This document shows positions 56,409-64,000 of a stretch of DNA of 64,000 nt, one piece after another. The DNA comes from Eledone cirrhosa (lineage: Eukaryota). The notes beneath the pieces were generated by a model. It was not told the origin of the DNA. It saw only the letters and a list, made by a program, of their open reading frames with translations, and did no database searches. The DNA lies in assembly GCA_964016885.1 (NCBI GenBank), contig OZ024742.1:107632001-107696000 (forward strand), read 5' to 3'. Position numbers and translations under genes: made by a program. How positions within the stretch are numbered: position 1 is the first letter of the stretch; every line of letters starts with the position of its first letter.

Positions 56409-59400
56409 CTAACAGCGCTGCGATCGAATGTGGCTTTTTAGCCCAGCCAATGATCTAAAATGTCTTGCACAGAGTCGGCAACCAAAACATTCACTGAGAA
56501 TAGCCGGCTGTGGTTGGAGTTCATGTACTTTTGCATGTCGCTTGAGCCCTCCTGCTGATTTACATTCTCTACCACATGTTTGGCAAGCATGATGAGTAGC
56601 ATCTCCAACAGCAGCCTGGTAGTCAACCACTGGTCTTACTTTATGACTGCGAAGATGACTTTCGAGTCCAGCTTTGCTTAGGCAGAGTCTCGCACAGACG
56701 CTGCATGTCAGTACCATAGGAGGACCCTCGCCGTCTGGAAGTGCAACAGCAATGCCCTTCCTCACGTCCCGCTTTACTTTCTCGTATGCGATTCGAGATG
56801 CCTCAAAGGCAACTTTTCCCTCATATACAGTCTTTCTTCATTTATTACGATCAGCAGTAATATTTTCCCATGTATCAGCAGAGATGTTAGCGTCTTTCAA
56901 AGAGGCTTTCAAGGAATCCTTATACCTCTTTTTTTGGTTTATGTGGCGGTCGTTTTCCTTTAACCAACTCTCCATAAAAGAGTTGTTTGGTCTTCTAGAA
57001 TCCTTCATCCTGGCAAGGTGACCACTCCAACGGAGTCGGTGCTTAAGCACAAGAGCTTCTATACTGTCACACATAGAGCTTTCCAAAATCTCGACATCAC
57101 TGATGTGGTCCCTCCAGTGAACGCCATGGATCCGTCTGAGACACATCTGATGGAAACGCTCCCATTGCTTAAGGTGGTGTCGATATGTGACCCAGGTCTC
57201 GCAGGCATAAAGAAGACAAGAGAGCACACATGCCTTGTACACCTTTACCTTTGTCCTCCTGCAATATATCTCGCCGACCCCAGAGTCGCCTTTCTAGCTT
57301 TCCGAAAGCATCACTTGCTTTCCTAATAAGTGAGATTTCACTGTCAAGGTTGCTGTATCGATTGACAGTGCTTCCCAGGTAGACAAACTGATCAACCACT
57401 CCAAGTCGTTTACCATACACATAGATATTTGGTTCAGTGTACTGCTTACCAGGGGCAGGTTGGTACATGTCGACGGTTTTCTTGAGACTGACAGTCAATC
57501 CTAGGGCAGTGCAAGCGCCAGAAAATGCATTCAAAATGTGCTGCATATCACTCTCTGTGTGCGCTACAAGATCGCAATCATCTGCATACAAGAGGTCTCT
57601 TATGATTGATGTAAATACTTTTGTCTTTGCAACAAAGCGCCTGATGTTAAATATGCTGCCTGAGGTTCGATATCGGATGTAAACACCATGCTCGCAATTC
57701 CTGAATGCAATACAGAAAACCATTGCAAAGTATATGGCAAACATGGTCGGTGCTGGAATATCCCCCTGTTTCACTCCATTTTTTACTGAGATAGGCTCCG
57801 ACATGTTACCTCCGACATTAACCCAAGCCTTCATGTCGTCATGGAAAGACCTAACTAAAGCAAGGAACTTATCAGAGCAACCAAGTTTCTGGAGAACTTC
57901 CATAATGCATCTATGTTAACAGTATCGAAAGCTTTTGTCAGATCGACAAAAACCTGATACAGATCCAAACCTTGTTCCATGCACTTCTCCTGGAGCTGTC
58001 TAGCTGAGAAGATCATATCAGTAGTGCCGCGTCCAGCACGAAAACCAGACTGACTTTCAGGAAGAACACAATCTGCAATGTGTGTCAGCAGACGGTCCAG
58101 AAGCACCCTACATAAAACTTTCCCTACGACAGAAAGCAATGATATACCTCTGTAGTTCCCACAATCATTACTGTTACCCTTTCCCTTGTACAAGACCACG
58201 ATTACTGCATCTCTCCAGTCCTCAGGTACGGATTCATTAGCCCATATCCTGCCAAACAAAGAGTGAAGATGTTGCAGGAGTCTCTCACCACCATATTGTA
58301 GGAGCTCAGCATGTATGCTATCCATACCTGGAGACCTTCCACTGTTCAGCTTCGAGATAGCCACTGCAACCTCCACAAACGTCGGAGGTTCTGCGAGAGC
58401 TACTTTCACAGGACTTTCTGGAATGAGATTGAGGAAATCTTCACTGACGATAGACGACTGATTCAAAAGATCATCAAAGTGCTCTCGCCACCTTCGTAGA
58501 ATTCCTTGTGAGTCACGAAGAAGTTCTTTGCCATCCTTGCTGCGAAGCGGTGTCATCAGAGAAGAAGACGGTCCATAAACCTCACGCAAGAGACTGTACA
58601 ACAGCTTTGTGCTATTGGAATCTGACGCAGTTTGTATCTCACCAGCCTTCTCACTCCACCACTGATCCTTCATCTGAGAAAGACTCTGCCTACTCGCGAT
58701 TTTACATCCTTGAGTTCCTCATGCAACGTATTCCTCTCCTGTGGTTTTGCCGTCAAGTAGCGTGACAGAGCACACCTCTTATCAGCCAACAAGTCTTCTA
58801 TATGTACATCATTCTCATTAAACCAGTCCTGATGTTTTCTCTGCACCAATCCCAGAACACGCCTGCCTACATCATAAACCGACTTTTTAAGGGTCGGCCA
58901 ATCCTCACCAAGATCTGCAGCCTGCATCTCTTCTTCCAATGTCCTCTTCATATTTTTATCCTTAAGACGAGCAGCATTCAATCTTTTGGGCAGGGCAACA
59001 CCAGGAGCCCGGATTTTACGTTTAGTGATTAGTTTCACTTTTGCGCGTACCAGGCGGTGGTCCGTCCAGCACTCAGCTCCACGAAGAGCACGAACACACT
59101 GCACATCCTGTCGGTCACGCATCATGACTAGGACGTAGTCCAAAAGATGCCATTCCTTAGATGCAGGATGCATCCATGTGGTCTTGAATTTGTTCTTCTG
59201 TTGGAACATGGTGTTGGTAACACACAGATCCGGCTCCTCACACATCTGCAGCAGGAGCATACCATTGCTGTTACACTTTCCCACCCCATGCCTTCCGATT
59301 ACATTCCTTGTGTTAAAATCCCTACCCACTCTAGCATTAGAGTCACCAAGCAAGATGACTTTGTCTGCCTGAGGGATATTTCTTAAAACACCTTTCAAGG

Positions 59401-59950
59401 CATGGTAAAAGGACACTTTTTCTTCATCGACAGAATTCATAGTTGGAGCATACACACTCACCAGGGTCGCATATCTTCCTTTGTCCAGCGGAATTCTCAT
59501 GGACATAAGACGCTCACTAATCCCTACTGGAAATTCTTCTAATTTATTCACAAGAACAGTCTTAACAGCAAATCCTACCCCAGCCTCTCTTCTGGTTCCT
59601 TCATCTCTTCCTTTCCAGAAGAATGTATATTCTCCACAAAATTCTGTAAGATGACCATCTCCAGCTAACCTCATCTCAGATAAAGCCACGATGTCAAGAT
59701 CGTAACGTCGAAGCTCCTTTGCAACAAGAGCGGTCCTTCGTTCAGGACGCTCCAAGGAATCCCTGCCAAGCAGCGTCCGTACGTTCCAGCAGCCAAGACT
59801 AAATGCATTGTTTGGCTCTATTACAATGGCACGATGACGAGCGGGCCCAGGCTGTGATAACCTGGGGCCCCTGCCTTTATTGCCAATTATCTTTTTTGTT
59901 CTAGAACCTAAATTGCCAATTATCTCTTTTATATTGTTCTGGAACATCAT
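56409..59950 (-). mobile_element. Nearly full-length RTE (BovB-like) LINE, frameshifted
   Basis: APE (GCWNVRTL, DIVALSE, YAPT, GDSNARVG, LDYV, TDHRLV), RT (YRGISLLS, QSGFR, DLTKAFDTV, GVKQG, YADD), three C2H2-type fingers at C-terminus. Confidence 0.95.
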
Positions 59951-60120
59951 TGAATTAGGAAAAAAAAAAAAAAAAAAGTAATAATAATAGTAACAATAAT
60001 AATAATAATAATTGTTTCTACGTTAGGCACAAGGCCAGCAATTACCCAGTGTATTACTGGTGCTTTATTTTATCGACCCCGTAAGGATGAAAGGCAAAGT
60101 TAACCTCGGCGGGATTTGAT

Positions 60121-60285
60121 AATCATCGGTAACTACTGAGCCGCAGGTTTTATGTTGGAGTTAATCCAATTTCCTGAGATGCCTTCTCCTAGAAGAATGC
60201 CCTGACAAGGGCTAGGGGTTCTTCACTCCCAGTGGTTTAACTGCGCGATTGGGCATCCAGCCCGATTATTTCTGTGCCCGCGCGC
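60121..60285 (-). mobile_element. RTE 5'-UTR-like segment
   Basis: cccctagcccttgtcagggcattcttctaggagaagg resembles ccccttagcttttatcaaggcagaattctaggaggagg at ~62050-62090; separated from the RTE ORF by a SINE. Confidence 0.5.
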
Positions 60286-61004
60286 AAAAAAAAAAAAAAA
60301 ATCACTTATTGACACTTATACGTACGACATACACACACGCGCATACATATGCGCGCGCACACACACGCATACATACGCGCGCACACAGCAACACTCATAC
60401 ATACAAACAAACACACACACGCTACTCACTTACACACACACACATATATATATATTACCGTCATTACTGATACAAGATTACAAGATTATGTCAACTGTTG
60501 ACTTTCAAGAGTTTGTATAGTTGAAGCCGATCGTACTACAGTCCAGTATTATTATAATTGCTTTACAGCATAGAGTCACGGCCCTCCACGCTCTGAGCTC
60601 AAATCCCGCCGAGGTCAACCTTGCCTTTCATCCCCACGGAGTCAACAAAAGAGAGTACCAGTAATGCGCTGGGCCATTCGCTGGAACCGTGCCAAAAGCA
60701 GAAAAATTATTATTATTAAAGTTGTTTTCTTAAGGCCCGGTCGCTGGTGATGGCGGCGGTGGTGGTGGTGGTGGTGGTGGTGGCAGCTGATGTTGTTGTG
60801 TTGTGTGTGTGTGTGTTTTGTTATTTTGAGTTTTTTTGTTTGTTGGTCGTTTTTTTTTTAATCGTTTGATGCCGTTGTTGTTGTTGTAAATGATCATTTC
60901 AATTCATTCTGAAGCTGTTGTTGCTGTAAACATTAGTGTCGGTGTTGTTGTTGGGGTTGAAATCTGGTCGTTTGACTGAGTGATGTATATACACACATAT
61001 ACAT

Positions 61005-61067
<63 letters not shown>

Positions 61068-61689
61068 TTCAACACAGAGTAGAGAGTTTGACAACAGGTC
61101 GGTGACTTTAGTCTAGATAGGGTAATGACATGTGTAAATGTAAATGTGATGGTGGGAGAGAGTGTAGACGTTATTGTTGTGGTGGAGGACAGTGAGATGT
61201 ATCGAGTTCATTTGTCCATTTTCTTCTCTTTGCAAAATTTGAATTTTAGCCATGTTATATTGAGATGTAAGTAAATGTAAAATGTAAAATATAAATAAGG
61301 ATTGCTCTGGTAAAATATACGAAAATATTTGTGTAACTTCCACAAACTTCTGTCGTGACATTTCCGGGTCCAGTGACCAAAAAATTGTATTTTGATGTTT
61401 CAGAATACAAAAATTAATTAAAAACTTACCCCACGAAAAGACAGCGTGTGTTGTCCTATCTATAAGCTCCCTCATACATACATACATACATACATACATA
61501 CATACATACATACATACATACATACATACATACATACATACATACATACACACATACATGCACACATACATACATACATAGATACATACATACATACATA
61601 CATACATACACGCATACATGCATACATACATGCATACATACATACATACATACATACATACATACATACATACATACATACATACGTAC

Positions 61690-62300
61690 ATGGTGGCTGC
61701 CAACTCGTTTTCGAGTACGGCCACTACTTTATATCCATGTAGGAGAACCCCTACCGATGCGCTGAACGAGTGTGACTTTTTAGTCCAGCCAGCGACTTGA
61801 AAACTTTGGTACAAACACTACACTTGTGACAATTATTGACACATAGTGCTGGGCCCATGGTACCATGTGACGACAAGTGCAGCGAGATCTCCAGATATAA
61901 AGCAATGCCTGTGCCGTGAAGCTTTTATAGTGAGCAAAGGCACTGCACAAAGCCAGTCCCACTCTCTTAACCAAGATGATATTTACCAAAAAGAAGAACA
62001 AGTCAACATCATTGGATACCATCAGGGTTGCAGGTGTTATATCAGAGTTTTCCTCCTCCTAGAATTCTGCCTTGATAAAAGCTAAGGGGTCATCTCTCCC
62101 GGTGATTTTTGGATGGCCATTGACTCTTAAGAGCTCCTTTGCCCTTTTCCAGATTTTGTTTTTAGTCCTGCAAGATGTCCAAAGCCACCCTCCTCACCAA
62201 GAAACCTTGGTGGGGTTGCCAGTTTAGTCACCAATGAACCGACCATGAGACAGGTTGTACTGGGATACATGTTACCAGTAGCACCAACTGGTGACCTGAC
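61690..62300 (-). mobile_element. ~610-bp bipartite non-autonomous RTE-derived element
   Basis: RTE 5'-UTR-like motif (ctaggaggaggaaaactctga) joined to the C2H2-finger 3' end; (ATGT)n tail. Confidence 0.7.
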
Positions 62301-62326
62301 ATATATATATATATATATATACATAT

Positions 62327-62411
<85 letters not shown>

Positions 62412-62414
<3 letters not shown>

Positions 62415-62935
62415 CATCATCATCATCATCATCAACGTTTAACGTCCGTGTTCCACGCTTGCATGGGTTTGGACGGGGGTTTTCCCACTTGAGGCAAGAG
62501 TGATTATCTTGCTCGCATAGGACTATCTGGCGGGTTTTCTACAGCTGGACGCCCCTCCCAACACCAACCACATTTACAGTGTGGGGCTGGGAGGTTTTTA
62601 CCGTGTTGCCTACACGGCCACATTACAGCGTGAACTGTGTGTTTTTTGACGTGACACCTACACGATCTCATTTGTTTCGGCCTGGATGTTGTGGCACCAA
62701 CATAACTTTATATTGAAAGGGGCGGTGTGGATAGGGTGGGGGTGGTGGGACAGGGGTGTATTTTGTTAGAGATGCCTACTGACTGTAGTAGGTTTTACTT
62801 AGTATTTAGGTAAGGCGGGTCTTCTCTATTACTGAGTACCGCCAAAGGTCTCGGTCCAGTGACATTGTCTTGGTGAGGTGTAAGTGTGTGAGGTCGAAAT
62901 TTATCAGCTCGTCCCAGGTTTTTCTGGGTCTGCCT
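62412..62935 (-). mobile_element. RTE 3' fragment and adjacent repeat with (GAT)n tail
   Basis: [17 protein letters not shown] at 62806-62935; ggacgttaaacgttgatgatgat end at ~62412-62450. Confidence 0.65.
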
Positions 62936-63262
62936 ATATACATATATACATACATATATATACATATATATATACATATATACATATATACATATATATA
63001 CATATATATACATATATATATATACATACATATATACATATATATATACATACATATATCTATACACATATATTATATATATACATATATATATATATAC
63101 ATATATATATACATATATATATATATATACGTATATACATATATGGACATATATATACATATACATATACATATATATATACGTATATATATATATGGAC
63201 ATATATATACATATACATATACATATACATATATATACATATACATACACATATATATATAC

Positions 63263-63293
<31 letters not shown>

Positions 63294-64000
63294 CATATAT
63301 ATATACATATATACACATATATACATCCATATATATATACATATATATATATATATCACCATCATCATCATCGCTTTTCCCTGCTTGCAAGGGTGGGATG
63401 GGAGCTGATTCTGGCTTGAATTCTACAGCTGGATGCCCTTCCTAGCACCAACCTCATTTGCAGTGAGTGCTGGGTGCTTTTTTGCCGTGGCACCTCCACG
63501 ACCACTTTGCAGTGGAATAATAGGGACTGGGGTCCCTATCATCTCATTTCTACAGCTGAGTAAACTGGAGCAATGTGAAATAAAGTGTCTTGCTCAAGGA
63601 AACAACATATCATCCGGTCTGAGAATTGAACTGACAACTTTTTGATTGCAAGGCCAATGCTCTAACCACTAAACCATGTGCCTCCATATATATATACATA
63701 TATATATATATATGGAGGCACATTTTGTGATAATTGAGCTGGTTTTCTGGTTTCGTTAGATATTGTCCTGAAAACCACAGTTTTCAGGACAGCCTCTCTA
63801 CGTAATACCTGTGGAGAATTATGCTAAAAGCACCGTTTTCGCCAAAAGTCACGTATTGTTTTGCGTCTTGTAGTAGTTGTTTTGTATTAGTTATGTCAAT
63901 TGGCGTGTATAGTTCGTTTTTTTTTACAGTTTGTGCAAACGCTGTTTTGGTGGTGTTGTCTTTTTTGTTGCTGTTGTTGTTGTCACTGTTGTTGATATTG

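Overview
AT-rich eukaryotic repeat desert, most likely a coleoid cephalopod (Octopus-like; inferred from the tRNA-derived SINE types, the RTE LINE with C2H2 fingers and the huge (TA)n/(CA)n/(GA)n runs). No host protein-coding gene is supported; nearly all listed ORFs are microsatellite artefacts. The window holds transposon remnants: several clades of Penelope-like elements (PLEs; Neptune-like, Naiad-like, Penelope/Poseidon-like), a nearly full-length decayed RTE LINE, Tx1, CRE and RTE fragments, a mariner, a non-autonomous Helitron-like element and many SINEs. The main signal missed by the ORF track is about 20-25 type I hammerhead ribozyme (HHR) motifs (stem I - CUGANGA - stem II - GAAA - short, often palindromic stem III - NUH - stem I) from roughly ten unrelated sequence families. 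They occur in PLE pseudo-LTRs, in tandem 315-bp and 467-bp units, and in small ORF-less foldback elements, nearly all embedded in (TA)n runs. A separate three-hairpin motif with covarying stems recurs three times after SINE + CT/CTAT tracts. Coordinates were read by eye and may be off by a few bases.
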